Assembly (NCBI GenBank): GCA_963729625.1
Contig: CAVSOU010000021.1
Location: forward strand, 1 to 42,572
Length of the DNA stretch: 42,572 nt
Direction of reading: 5' to 3'
Source of the DNA: an uncultured bacterium
GTDB lineage: Bacteria > Chloroflexota > UBA5177 > JANWHV01
Shown in pieces: positions 1-10,682 of this stretch. Position numbers and translations under genes: made by a program. The notes under the pieces are model-generated. The model saw only the letters and a program-made list of their open reading frames with translations, searched no databases and had not been told where the DNA came from. Position 1 is the first letter of the stretch, and the number at the start of each line of letters is the position of its first letter.

Positions 1-97
1 CTGGCGGCTCAGTCCCATTTGGTCAGTCAGCGACATGGCCGAACATGGAACATGATGTATCGATGCGCTGCTAGGGGGAATCCGTCATGAAAGTGAG

Positions 98-2650
98 GTG
101 AAACAGGAATCGGCGACCTGGTTGGGGCCTGAGGCCACGGAAGTCGCGTTCCCGCTTGGGGGCATCGGAACCGGGACCATATCACTCGGAGCACGGGGTG
201 ACCTGCGAGACTTCGAAATCTGGAATGAGCCCCGGAAGGGCTTGGTACTGCCCTACTCGTTCTTTACCCTCTGGGCGCAGAGCGGAGAGCCGGCCGAGCG
301 TCACGCGCGTGCTGGAAGGCCGCATGTCGCCGCCGTACAGTGCCTCGCACGGCATTCACCCCAACCACCTGGGCGGTTTGCCTCGCTTCAGCGGCTGCCG
401 CTTTCGTGGGCGCTATCCGGTTGCCGAGCTAGAGCTGCGGGATCCCGACGTGCCGCTTGATGTCGACCTGGTCACCTACTCGCCACTCGTGCCTCTCGAT
501 GCGGAGGACTCCGGCTTGCCCTGCATCGTGTTCCGCTGGCGTCTCACCAATCCCGGTTCTGTGCCGGTCGCGGCCACAGTCACCGGTACTTTGCCAATCC
601 GGCCGGCTACGCCGGTTGCGACAGCTTCGGGAATCTGCGGAGCAACCCGCTGGGCGATCCGCAGAACCGCATGTGTGAGACCGACCAGGTGCGCGGTGTG
701 TATTTTGCGGGCCCGCCGACAGGCGCACCGGACCTTGCCTTCGGCAACGCGGTACTGGTGACACCCGAGACGGTGACGACGGCCAAGCCGGCTGGCTGCG
801 CAGTGGCTGGTACGATGCGCTGCGCGAATTCTGGGCTGACGTCACCAGCGACGGCAACCTGACGGAGCCGCGTCGAGCGCGGTGCTGTTGGTCCAGAGTG
901 GCAAACGTGCTCGCCGGCTCGCTCGGCATACCGGTCACGGTTGCGCCCGGTGAAACGCGAACACTGACCTTCCTGCTGTGCTGGTACTTTCCGAACCGCG
1001 TCAACGGCTGGAGCGGATCCGTGCCCGGCCAACCGCCGACCAGGCGCATTCGCTACGCGTCGCGCTTCGCGGATGCGCTGGCGGTTGCGCAGTACGCGGC
1101 ACAACACCTTCCTCGTCTCGAGGAGGCGACGTTGGCCTTTCGGGATGCACTCTTTGAGAGCACGCTGCCCCCACGGTCGTCGATGCCCTGTCCAGCACCG
1201 TGGTCGTTGCGCGCAGCAACACCTGTTTCGGGCTCGACGATGGGCGTTTCTTCGGCTGGGAGGGCTGCTTCGATCAGGGCGGCTCTGCCACGGCAACTGC
1301 ACTCACGTCTGGAACTACGCCAAACCTTGGCGTTCCTGTTCCCGGGTCTGGAAGTCAGCATGCTGCGCACCGCGTTCCTGGACGAGGTGGAGGCGTCCGG
1401 TAAGATGCGCTTTCGCTCGGAGACGGCCTTCGGCAGCGCGTTTCCGCTTGCCCATGCCGCGGCGGACGGCCAGCTGGGCTGCGTGATACGGCTGTGGCGC
1501 ACATTCCTCCTCACCGGTGATCATGACCTGCTTGCGAGCTATGGCCAAATGTGCAGAAGGCCATACGCTACGCCCTTGACACGTGGGATACGGACGGCGA
1601 TGGGGTCCTGGACGGTCAGCAGCACAATACCTACGACATCGAGTTCTTCGGCCCCAATCCCTTGACCGGCGTCATGCTGCTCGGAACGCTGCGCGCGGCC
1701 GAGCACATTGCCGGTCGGCTGGGTGACGCTGAAGCGGCGCTGCCTACCGGTTACTGAGCGAGCAAAGCGCCCAACGCCTTGACAGCTTGCTCTGGAACGG
1801 GGAGTACTACCGGCAATCTCTCGACGACTGAATGCACATCCCTACCAGCACGGCGAGGGCTGCCTTTCAGACCAGCTGCTCGGTCAGCTTCTGGCCCATG
1901 GCCGGCCTGGGCCATCTCCTGCCCCAAGAGCATGTTCGCGCGGCGCTCCTGGCAATCTACCGCCACAACTTCCGGCAGCCACTCGGTTCCCACGTGACAT
2001 TGCAACGTACCTACGCGCTGCCCGAAGAATCAGGTCTCGTGCTGTGCACGTGGCCACGTGGAGGCCAACCGGTGCAGCCGTTCGTCTACTGCGACGAGGT
2101 CTGGACAGGTGTTGAGTACCACGTCGCGGCCCACCTGATCTACGAAGGCTACGTTGCGGAAGGGCTGGAGGTGGTGCGAGCTGCGCGTGCCCGCTATGAC
2201 GGTATCCGACGCAATCCGTGGGATGAGGTTGAGTGTGGGCATCACTATGCGCGGTCCATGGCGAGCTGGGCACTGCTGCCTGCACTGAGTGGATTCAGCT
2301 GCGATGTCAATCAACGGATCTTGCGCTTCGCACCGCTCGACGGCGGACAGCCCTTCCGCCTGCCTTTCTTCTGTGCCAAGGCGTGGGGTCTTGTTATCCA
2401 GGATGCACGTGGTGACGGTCCGTCCGAGCCACGGCTGACCGTGCTTGGCGGACATCTGGAGGGATTCACCGTGGACGTGGGAGGTAGAGCGTGGCGTGTC
2501 CACGACGGCCGATTGCATGTGCTGCAAGACAACGAGGGGGGAGCGGCCCACGTATTTCCCGGGAATGTCGGCACCGAGGATACGTTGGCCGAGGTGATCG
2601 ACCTGCTGGACGCGACAGGCGACACTGCCAGCCAGGGGGCAATCACCTGA
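98..2650 (+). pseudogene. GH116 beta-glucosidase (non-lysosomal glucosylceramidase family), broken by many frameshifts
   Basis: Successive ORF pieces carry GH116 motifs in order: FPLGGIGTG..LGARGDLRDFEIWN, FFGWEGC..GNCTHVWNY, AAADGQLG, DGQQHNTYDIEFFGPN, DEVWTGVEY, RNPWDEVECGHHYARSMASW. At least 6-8 frame breaks; these may be sequencing errors. Confidence 0.9.
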
Positions 2651-3141
2651 CGATCTGCCAGGATTCGCTGGCTCTCCCGATGATGCAGGTGTTCAAAGGT
2701 TCGTCCCGCCGTAACTCTGCAGGGAACGCGTTGGTACAGAGGCTGCATATGGCGCGCTGCCTCGACCCCATCACAGTTACACGTGGTGCAGCCAACCGCA
2801 CCGATTTGCGCCTTGCGCCCACGGCGTAGGCGTCGGCGTAGTGTTCTCTGAGGGCGGGCTTGCTGCGTTATCGCCTTGCGCGGAAGCCCGACCCATTGCA
2901 TGAAGATTCGCAGTCATGAACGGTCGTGCGGTCGGCTGTCCGGCGGTCGCGTGGCGCAATGCCGTGCCCGACGCTGGCGCGTGGCGGGACTGGCGCCGTT
3001 CGGTCCAGGAGGAGAAGCCGATCCCGCGCCTCGAGCGCGAAATGCCCCCAAGCAGTGCTCGACACATCCTCCCACGGTGGGGCCGGTCAGCGGTGCCGGA
3101 AGCCGCTACTATGACAGGTAGAGCGGTCCAGAAGGGTCGAC

Positions 3142-3528
3142 ATGACGGGCAAGAAGGCAGTTGCACGAGCGCACTACCGCATCGAGCACCAGCAGTAGAC
3201 GGAGCCAGAACGCCGACGCACGGCCGAAGCGGACGCCGCGCTCCGGCAGCTTGTGGAAGCGCGCACCCGGCACACCGCGGTGTACCAGACCGACCACCAC
3301 GCCGCTGCCGAGGCGGCCGTCGGGGTGGCAGCGGCGCTGCGCACGCTCGCCGCCCTCCAGCCCACTCGGCGCGAGCTGCTCGGCTTGGCCGAGCATTGGA
3401 GCGCAACAGGCGCCAGACATATAGCTGCCGGGAGCAACGTTCTGCGGCCGCAGCGCGCGGGGCATTCCACGGAATCTCCCGACGCAAGCCCAACGGAACT
3501 CCCCGCAGTGCTCAACGCCGACGACTGA
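3142..3528 (+). pseudogene. hypothetical protein with one in-frame TAG (~3196)
   Basis: ATG at 3142 is in frame with ORF 3253..3528 apart from one amber codon; the translation is Ala-rich and helical-looking; no family recognised. Confidence 0.25.
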
Positions 3529-3614
3529 CACGGTGTTCAACGTGCGCAAGCCCTGGGCCGTTCTTCGTCGTGTCAACGCGTCGTCATGCGTGAGAATGAA
3601 CAGGAGTGTAGCTG

Positions 3615-4304
3615 ATGTTCGATGAGGACCCGCCGTATCCCGTGGTGCCGCTGCTCCACGAGCGGCTCGAGGACGAGGAAGCCCGCGCTCGCTCCGTCGC
3701 ATTCCTGCGCGCCATGCAGCGCCGCCGCTCCGTGCGGCAGTTCTCCCCCGAGCCGGTCCCCTTCGAGCTGGTCGCGAACGCGGTGCGCACCGCCGGCACG
3801 GCGCCCTCGGGTGCCCACCAGCAGCCCTGGACCTTCGTTGTGGTGTCCGACCCGGCGGTCAAGCAGCGCATCCGCAGCGCCGCCGAGCGCGAGGAATGGG
3901 AGGGTTACCACCGGCGCATGGCACCGGAGTGGGTTGAGGCGTTGCGCCCGCTGGGGACAGACTGGGTCAAGGAGCACCTGACCACGGCGCCGTATCTGAT
4001 CGCCGTCTTCGCGCGCACCTATGGTCTCGTCCAGGATAGCCAAGGTGTAGAGCGGCAGGTCAAGCACTACTACGTGCACGAGTCGGTGGGCATCGCGGTC
4101 GGGCTGCTGCTGGCGAGCTTGCAGCAGGCAGGACTGGCGTCGCTGACCTATACGCCCAGTCCGATGGGGTTCCTGCGCGAGATCCTGCGGCGGCCGCGCA
4201 ACGAACGCGCATTCCTCCTGATCCCGGTCGGCTACCCTGCCCCCGACTGCCGGGTGCCAGACTTGCGGCGGAAGAGTCTCGACGAGATTATGGTTCGTAT
4301 CTAG
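3615..4304 (+). CDS. nitroreductase superfamily, iodotyrosine deiodinase (IYD)-like flavoprotein
   Basis: RRRSVRQF, GTAPSGAHQQPW, EREE..GY..M, DWVKEHL, YYVHESVGIA, LTYTPSPM, VGYPA..VPDLRRK; RBS AGGAG upstream. Confidence 0.9.
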   Translation: MFDEDPPYPVVPLLHERLEDEEARARSVAFLRAMQRRRSVRQFSPEPVPFELVANAVRTAGTAPSGAHQQPWTFVVVSDPAVKQRIRSAAEREEWEGYHRRMAPEWVEALRPLGTDWVKEHLTTAPYLIAVFARTYGLVQDSQGVERQVKHYYVHESVGIAVGLLLASLQQAGLASLTYTPSPMGFLREILRRPRNERAFLLIPVGYPAPDCRVPDLRRKSLDEIMVRI

Positions 4305-4752
4305 CGATATGGCCCGTGCTGGACACGCTATCCAACCGAGTGCGCGTGCCAGCCAGCGACGGACAGCGCGCTTCGTTGAGCGAAGGGTGCACTCGGCGAC
4401 AAGCGGCTCCTACGCGCCATCCTCCTCCTGCCGTCTGGACTGGACGAGCGCGTCGAGCTATGTCACAAGCGCGCGCTTATGACGCCGATGCGAGGTATGC
4501 GCCCTGGCCTTACGGCTGCGAACGATCGCGTCCGAGTTGGCCTCGTATGCTCAAGCGGGAATGACGGCCCCACGAAACCTGTATAAACTTGCAGTACCCC
4601 CGTGAGGAAGAGCGTGCGTGCAAGGCCAGTGGACCTGACGCTGCGTCGCGCAGGGGAGCAGGAGCATCGGTGGGCCAGATGGACAGTAGACTAAAGCCAT
4701 AGCTGTGCGCGGTGAGCACGAGGAGCAGCGCAGCGCGGGAAGGTGCCCTCCC

Positions 4753-5394
4753 ATGAGTGAGCTGTCAGCCAACCGGCAGGCGTACACGTACGCGGTCGGA
4801 GACCTGCATGGTGAGACCCGCCTGTTGGCCAAGCTGCTCGACGTACTCCGGCCGAGAGCAACCGACACGTTGGTGTTCCTGGGCGACTACGTCGACCGGG
4901 GCGAGGACTCCGTCGGCATCGTGCTCGCCTTGCGCCGGCTCGCCGACACGTGTCACTGTGTCTTCCTGCGCGGCAATCACGACGCAGCCTGGCTAGAGGT
5001 CTGGGACGGGCATGCCTTCGTAGAGACCCCGCATATCCTCGGTGCACGCGACGCCTGGGAGCGCTGCGCTGGCATGGTGCCGCCCGAGGTCGGCATCTGG
5101 CTCTCCCACACGCGGATTGACTGGGAGGATGGCTACACCTACTACGCGCATGCCGGCGCGCTTCCGGGCGTGCCCTTCTGGGACTGTCCCCCTGAAACCA
5201 AGGTCTGGGGCGATGCGCGGTTCGTGCCCAGCACGTTCGACTGGGGCAAACGCGTGATCTTTGGGCACTACGAGCTTGCGTCGCCGCTTGTCCAGCCGAA
5301 CAAGGTGGGCATCGACACCGCCGCCTACCGGACCGGGACCCTGACGGCCGTCCGGTTTCCCGGTTGCCAGCTTCTGCAGGTGCACCGCGAGTGA
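4753..5394 (+). CDS. calcineurin-like metallophosphoesterase (PPP/PphA-type Ser/Thr phosphatase)
   Basis: GDLHG, GDYVDRG, RGNHD, HAG, FGH and GIDTAA motifs. Confidence 0.9.
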   Translation: MSELSANRQAYTYAVGDLHGETRLLAKLLDVLRPRATDTLVFLGDYVDRGEDSVGIVLALRRLADTCHCVFLRGNHDAAWLEVWDGHAFVETPHILGARDAWERCAGMVPPEVGIWLSHTRIDWEDGYTYYAHAGALPGVPFWDCPPETKVWGDARFVPSTFDWGKRVIFGHYELASPLVQPNKVGIDTAAYRTGTLTAVRFPGCQLLQVHRE

Positions 5395-5595
5395 GCTGCC
5401 TGCCGGCGCGTTTGCGAGCAAGACAGCGCGGCAGTGCTAAGGCATCTTCGTTGGCAAAGCGGCAGCTGCAACACTTGCGCCCGGAGTGCGCCACATCATC
5501 TGGCGCTAGATCCCTTTTGCAGGAAGGAGAGGCTCGGAAGAGAGTACTCTACAACGCAGCGATCGACACAAGCGATCAGTGGAAAGCGAGAAAAG

Positions 5596-6441
5596 ATGAC
5601 GACTGAAGATACGCCCGTTGCAGGCCCGGATCTTGCTTCGACCTATGACCTGTCCCCCAATCAGACAGCGCGCTATCAGCGCGACGGGCACGTCTTGCTG
5701 CGTGGCGTCGCTTCTGCCGACGAGCTTCGGATCTACAGGCCCGCCATCGCCGCTGCCGTGAGGCGTTTGACTACCGAGACCCGGCCGCTCGCGGAGCGCG
5801 ACACCTATGGCAAGGCCTTCCTGCAGGTCATGAACCTCTGGGAGCACGACGCCGTGGCTCGACGTTTCGTGCTGGCACGGCGCTTCGCCAAGATCGCTGC
5901 CTATCTCATGGGCGTGGCCGGCGTCCGCGTGTTCCACGATCAGGCTCTGTTCAAGGAACCGGGTGGCGGTATGACGCCGTGGCATCAAGACCAGATCTAC
6001 TGGCCGCTGGCGACGACCAACACCGTCACGATGTGGATGCCGCTCGTCGACGTTCCGGCAAGCGTGGGGTCCATGACCTTCGTCTCCGGCTCCCACACCA
6101 TGGACTACCACGAGATGACCGCGATCTCCGACGAATCCGAGGAGATTTTGCGGCGATTTGTCGACGACCAAGCGCTGCCTCAGAGCACCTACGGCGGCAT
6201 GGCGGCGGGGGATGCGACATTCCACGCGGGCTGGACCATGCACCGCGCGCCGGCCAATCCGACCGACCTCATGCGCGAGGTGATGACCATCATCTACTTC
6301 GAGGATGGTGCCAGACTGCTCGAGCATCCACATCGCTTGCAGGAAGACGACTTCGTTTGGTTCCCCGGTCTAAAACCGGGCGGTGTGGCCGCCGGACCAA
6401 GAACGCCCCTGGTCTACACGAGCAATGCGGCCGCTGGCTGA
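5596..6441 (+). CDS. phytanoyl-CoA dioxygenase (PhyH) family Fe(II)/2-oxoglutarate dioxygenase
   Basis: DQALFKEPGG..TPWHQD (HxD), distal HRAPAN..R; YQRDGHVLLRGV N-terminus. Confidence 0.9.
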   Translation: MTTEDTPVAGPDLASTYDLSPNQTARYQRDGHVLLRGVASADELRIYRPAIAAAVRRLTTETRPLAERDTYGKAFLQVMNLWEHDAVARRFVLARRFAKIAAYLMGVAGVRVFHDQALFKEPGGGMTPWHQDQIYWPLATTNTVTMWMPLVDVPASVGSMTFVSGSHTMDYHEMTAISDESEEILRRFVDDQALPQSTYGGMAAGDATFHAGWTMHRAPANPTDLMREVMTIIYFEDGARLLEHPHRLQEDDFVWFPGLKPGGVAAGPRTPLVYTSNAAAG

Positions 6442-6520
6442 CCATACCCCCACATGTGTGAGCGAGCGACGAGTCGATTGCAGGTGCAGGCGGCGCGCGG
6501 CGTGCGCATCGGGCTCACAC

Positions 6521-6781
6521 AGCTTCGCCGATACTCGACTTGCCGGAAACGTCCATCCGCCCCTGACGACCGTGTGCCTGCCACGAGAAGCCGTGGGACG
6601 AACCGCAACACAGATGCTGGTCGAGCGCGTCGAGCATCTCGGTCTTGTGCCCGTAATTCAGGTAGTGCCGACTTGCGTTGTCGTGCGACCGTCATCTTGC
6701 CTCTCGTCCTCCGCGAGCCTGGTTCAAGCTGGCACAACGCCGGCGTCCGCTCGACGATGTACCTGCTCGCCAGTCCCGTGA
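6521..6781 (+). pseudogene. C-terminal fragment of a LacI-family regulator (sugar-binding domain)
   Basis: SFADT..A..VHPPLTTVCLPREAVGRTATQMLVERVE...VVVRPSS; no N-terminal part present. Confidence 0.65.
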
Positions 6782-6818
6782 TCAAGGTCTATAGCGGCAG
6801 GAGGGCTCCGGCAACCAC

Positions 6819-8252
6819 GTGAAGCGTTCTCGCTACGATGCGGTCATCGTCGGCGCCGGACCCAACGGCCTGGCGGCCGCCATCGAGATGGCGCACGACG
6901 GCCGGTCGACGCTGCTCGTGGAGGCCGAGCAGAGCATCGGCGGCGCGACGCGATCTGCCGAGCTGACGCTGCCCGGCTTCGTCCACGACGTCGGTGCGGC
7001 GATCTTGCCGTTGGCCGTGGGCTCGCCATTCTTTCGCCGGCTCCCGCTGGCGGCGCACGGTCTGGAGTGGGTCTATCCGCCCGCGGCCGTAGCACATCCA
7101 CTCGACGGCGGCCGGTCGGTGGTCGTGTACCGCTCCATGGTGGAGACGGCAGCCCAGCTGGGCCAAGATCGAGCACGCTACCTCCGGTTGGTGCAGCCAT
7201 TGGTAGCCGATTGGGAAAAGCTGGCGCCGACGCTGCTCGGGCCACGTCGCATCCCCCGCCACCCGTTAGCGATTGCGCGTTTTGGACTTCTCGGCCTGTG
7301 GCCTGCGGCGCAGCTGAGCCGTACTGTGTTCCGCACCGAGGAGGCCCGCGCGCTCTTTGCCGGGTTCGCCGCGCACGCGGTCCTGCCCCTAAGCCGGCTG
7401 TCGACGGCCGGCTACGGCATGATGTTCGCCGGTACTGCCCATGCCCTTGGCTGGCCGTTTCCACGAGGCGGTACGCAGGTCCTTGCTCACGCATTGGGTT
7501 GCTACTTCGAATCTCTCGGCGGCGAGATCGTCACCGGGGTTCGGGTCGCGTGCCTGCGTGATCTCCCTCCTTCACCGGTGGTCCTCCTCGACCTCACGCC
7601 GCGCCAGGTTGAGCGGATCGCTGGCGATGTGCTGCCGAGCCGGCGGCGCAGTGCGATGCGACGATACCGGTATGGCCCGGCGGTCTTCAAGGTCGACTAC
7701 GCGCTCAGCGCTCCCCTTCCGTGGGCGTCGCCACCGGTGGCTTCCGCCGGCACCGTGCACATCGGCGGGACACTGGCCGAGATCGCGGAGGCAGAACTCG
7801 CTGTAGCGCGACAAGGGCATTCCGAGCGACCCTTCGTACTGTTGGCGCAGCAGTCGCTCTTCGATGCATCGCGCGCCCCTGCCGGTAACCACACTGCCTG
7901 GGCATATTGCCACGTGCCACATGGTTCGACGGTGGACATGACGGCACGCATCGAGGCCCAGATCGAGCGATTCGCCCCAGGGTTCCGCGACCTCATCCTG
8001 GCGCGTCGCGTCCATACGTCGGCCGACCTCGAACGGTGGGACGCGAACCTCGTCGGCGGTGACATTGCCGGCGGCGCGCAGGACCTTCGGCAGTTCCTCG
8101 GTCGTACCGTTCTGCGCCTATCGCCCTACGGTACCTCTCACCGAGGACTCTTCATCTGCTCGTCCGCCACCCCGCCCGGAGCTGGCGTGCACGGCATGTG
8201 TGGGTACCACGCGGCAAGAAGCGCGCTGAGACAGAAGCTCACCATTCCGTGA
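6819..8252 (+). CDS. NAD(P)/FAD-dependent oxidoreductase (phytoene dehydrogenase-related, COG1233-like)
   Basis: YDAVIVGAGPNGLAAA dinucleotide-binding motif, LTLPGFVHDVGAA, HTAWAYCHVP, CSSATPPGAGVHGMCGYHAA. Confidence 0.9.
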   Translation: MKRSRYDAVIVGAGPNGLAAAIEMAHDGRSTLLVEAEQSIGGATRSAELTLPGFVHDVGAAILPLAVGSPFFRRLPLAAHGLEWVYPPAAVAHPLDGGRSVVVYRSMVETAAQLGQDRARYLRLVQPLVADWEKLAPTLLGPRRIPRHPLAIARFGLLGLWPAAQLSRTVFRTEEARALFAGFAAHAVLPLSRLSTAGYGMMFAGTAHALGWPFPRGGTQVLAHALGCYFESLGGEIVTGVRVACLRDLPPSPVVLLDLTPRQVERIAGDVLPSRRRSAMRRYRYGPAVFKVDYALSAPLPWASPPVASAGTVHIGGTLAEIAEAELAVARQGHSERPFVLLAQQSLFDASRAPAGNHTAWAYCHVPHGSTVDMTARIEAQIERFAPGFRDLILARRVHTSADLERWDANLVGGDIAGGAQDLRQFLGRTVLRLSPYGTSHRGLFICSSATPPGAGVHGMCGYHAARSALRQKLTIP

Positions 8253-8256
8253 GCTT

Positions 8257-8520
8257 TCAGACCTCGAGACGCAGGGATCCGTCGTCCACGCCGATCTCGG
8301 CGTAGATCGCTACCGCCTGCTTCAAGTGCGCCATGGCCTCCTCCCCGGTGGCGCCGGCATGCAGGAGATCGGCCATCGTGTTGTGCAGCGCCGCCTCCCA
8401 GTGACGGTCGCCGAGCGCAGCACAAAGGTCGAGCGGCTCGCGCGTGAGACGATGGGCTGTCGCTAGATCGCCGTCATGCCAGTGCATGCGTGCAAGGTTC
8501 GGCAGCGCGGCCACCATTGC
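8257..8520 (-). pseudogene. C-terminal TPR fragment of a larger regulator (AfsR/SARP/LuxR-ATPase type)
   Basis: ALPNLAR..GDLATA..LDLCAALGDRHWEAALHNTMADLLH..G..EEAMAHLKQAVAIYAEIG. Confidence 0.55.
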
Positions 8521-8835
8521 ACACATCTTCCAGCGCCTTGGCCTGTCCGATACCGCGGTCACGATCGATTCTGCCGTTGTGACCTGAAGGTGTGCTCGCC
8601 CATCGCGGACCGGAGTACAGTTGCCGCGCAGTGATCGCCTGCCCACTCCGCCGTTCCCATGGCTGTACCAGGGACCGCATGCGGTGACCTTGAGTGGGTG
8701 AGTGAGTGGGCAAGTGGGTGGATTGTTCGTGGCCTGCGGCTCGCGGAACGTTCAGACTAGAACTCATCGGGAAGCCGGACGACAAGAGCCGGTCTGAACA
8801 GGAGAGGGAGACCACGATGGGCGCGCACGAAAGCT

Positions 8836-8928
8836 ACAACATCAACTTTGAGATCGCAAAACCCGGAGCGTTGCTCGATCCGCCCCAGCCGAACGGAACA
8901 ACATCAACTTTGAGATCGCAAAACTGCA
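8836..8928. repeat. two identical 27-bp direct repeats 35 bp apart; probable transposon end with repeated transposase-binding sites
   Basis: ACAACATCAACTTTGAGATCGCAAAAC at 8836-8862 and 8898-8924, followed by TGCA; the minus strand reads 5'-TGCAGTTTTGCGATCTCAAAG from 8928. Confidence 0.6.
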
Positions 8929-9639
8929 CCAGCATCAATTCCGATCGGAACGAGCCGAGGACCGTCTCACGTTAGCGGCAGGCAATCCGCCTGCACCTCG
9001 ATCTGCAGAGCATGCCGCGCCAGCGCACTCCCTGGCGCGGTCGTTGCGGATGTTTGCACAGCGATGCAGGCCCCAGCGCAAGTCCATCGGCACCGCGGAT
9101 TAGTCACTGACCCATCTAATCAGGGGCGCACTGCTCGAGAGCCATGCGCCGGCCGTCGCCAGCCGGCCTCTCGTCAGCCGTACCGCAACCGCCGTCGCCG
9201 CGGCCAACTCCCTCCAGCCGACATCCCGCGTGTTCTGTCTTTGACATCTTCAGGGCACTTACGGCCTTCAGCCGCGCGCTCGTCTGACATCGCGTGCGGG
9301 AAGTATGAGCGGCCTCAGATCCCGGAGATTGATGGACGACGCAAACTGTTCGCGTGAAGCAACCGGCTGGCTGAAGGTCGCGTTGCTGGGTGCTTCGGCG
9401 ACAGCTGACAACGAGCAAGGAGATACATGCCGTGACCGACGATAGCACCAATCATGATTCCCCAGATCCGCTGGCCTCACACGGTTCGCTGCTGTCCCGC
9501 TGTGAGGCTCGTCAATGGCCGTTCGACGTTGATAAGGAAATCGCCGAATTACTTGCACTCCTCGACGACACGTGGACGCCGCCCGATCTCCGTCTGTGGG
9601 TCCGCATCGCTTGCAGGCGGTTAGCGGCACACTGATGGT

Positions 9640-10049
9640 ATGGCGGGTACGGCACCGATCAGTGGGACCACCGCCCCGGCTCCAGTCCTGGTCACGCGGG
9701 TCAAGGACTGGAGCATCCAGATGGCCTACACGCAGGTCGCGGGGACGATCACGGGCGTGACCGGGAATGTGCTCACCGTTCAGCTCACGGCGACGCAGGG
9801 CCACAACGTGGCCGCCTTCCAGGTGGGCGAGACGATCAGTGTGACCGTGCCAACGGGCGCGACGATCTCCAGGGCAAGACCGCTACGGCCGTGACCGACC
9901 TGGTCACCGGTGTCACCATCCGCACCTGGGGCCTGAGCGACAGCGCGACACAGGCCATGACGGCCAAGGTGATCCACATCGTGCCCAGCAAGGCTGCAGG
10001 CCAGACCGACCCCGCCGCCGCCGGCAGCAGCGATAGCGGTAGCAAGTAG
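9640..10049 (+). pseudogene. fragment of a DUF5666-like (OB-fold repeat) exported protein, frameshifted near 9870
   Basis: VAGTITGVTGNVLTVQ..., then in the next frame VTDLVTGVTIRTWG...MTAKVIHIVP; stop at 10047-10049. Confidence 0.45.
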
Positions 10050-10272
10050 CCCTGCCGACAGTCATCGCCAGCCCGCTCTACGCCAGCCTCCCCGGCCGCC
10101 GGGCTTGGGGAGGCTGGCTTGCTGCTCGCGATCCGCACCACACATCATGTCCAGCCCTTTGGCGCCAAGAGGAATGATGCCGCCGTCGATGTGCTGGAGG
10201 CCAACGCCAGTACAGCCCGGTACACTCCACGCAGGTGTATCGTCACTGAGCAGCCGGATGAGGGAGGAAGAC

Positions 10273-10445
10273 ATGAGTGGCGCAGCATCCGTCGACACAG
10301 CACACGTTCTCGCCGCGCCTCCAGCGATCTTTGCAATACCACTTCTAGTAGGAATGCTCTGGGATTGGCGACACCGGACCACCAGAGCAGCAGCCAGCGT
10401 GGGGCCTGTCACGGGCGTAGCGCTCGCTAGCGTCGGTGCTGCCCG
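10273..10445 (+). pseudogene. N-terminal fragment of an isoprenylcysteine carboxyl methyltransferase-family membrane protein
   Basis: RBS GGAGGAAG; MSGAASVDTAHVLAAPPAIFAIPLLVGMLWDWRH resembles that family's D..GV.APPPLIY start; the resemblance is lost after ~10445. Confidence 0.4.
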
Positions 10446-10682
10446 AACGTATGGAAATACCGCGGCGCGATTCGCCATGGACACGGTGGCAGTGATGCCA
10501 GCGAGGCGTGCTTCGCCCCCGAAACACCTATTGCTGGCACGGTGTTGCCGCCTGATAATGGGCGAGACTGGCCGAGCCCTGTGGTCACACAGCTGGTAGT
10601 GCCGCGCTGCCGGAGGACGCGGCGGCATGCGACCAGTTCGGTATGCTGGCACTCGTGATCCAGGTGATAGGATAAGGACATC

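Noticed and set aside
8836-8924. CRISPR array call
   Set aside because: Only two repeats, no cas genes and no evident leader; kept as a repeat or probable transposon end.
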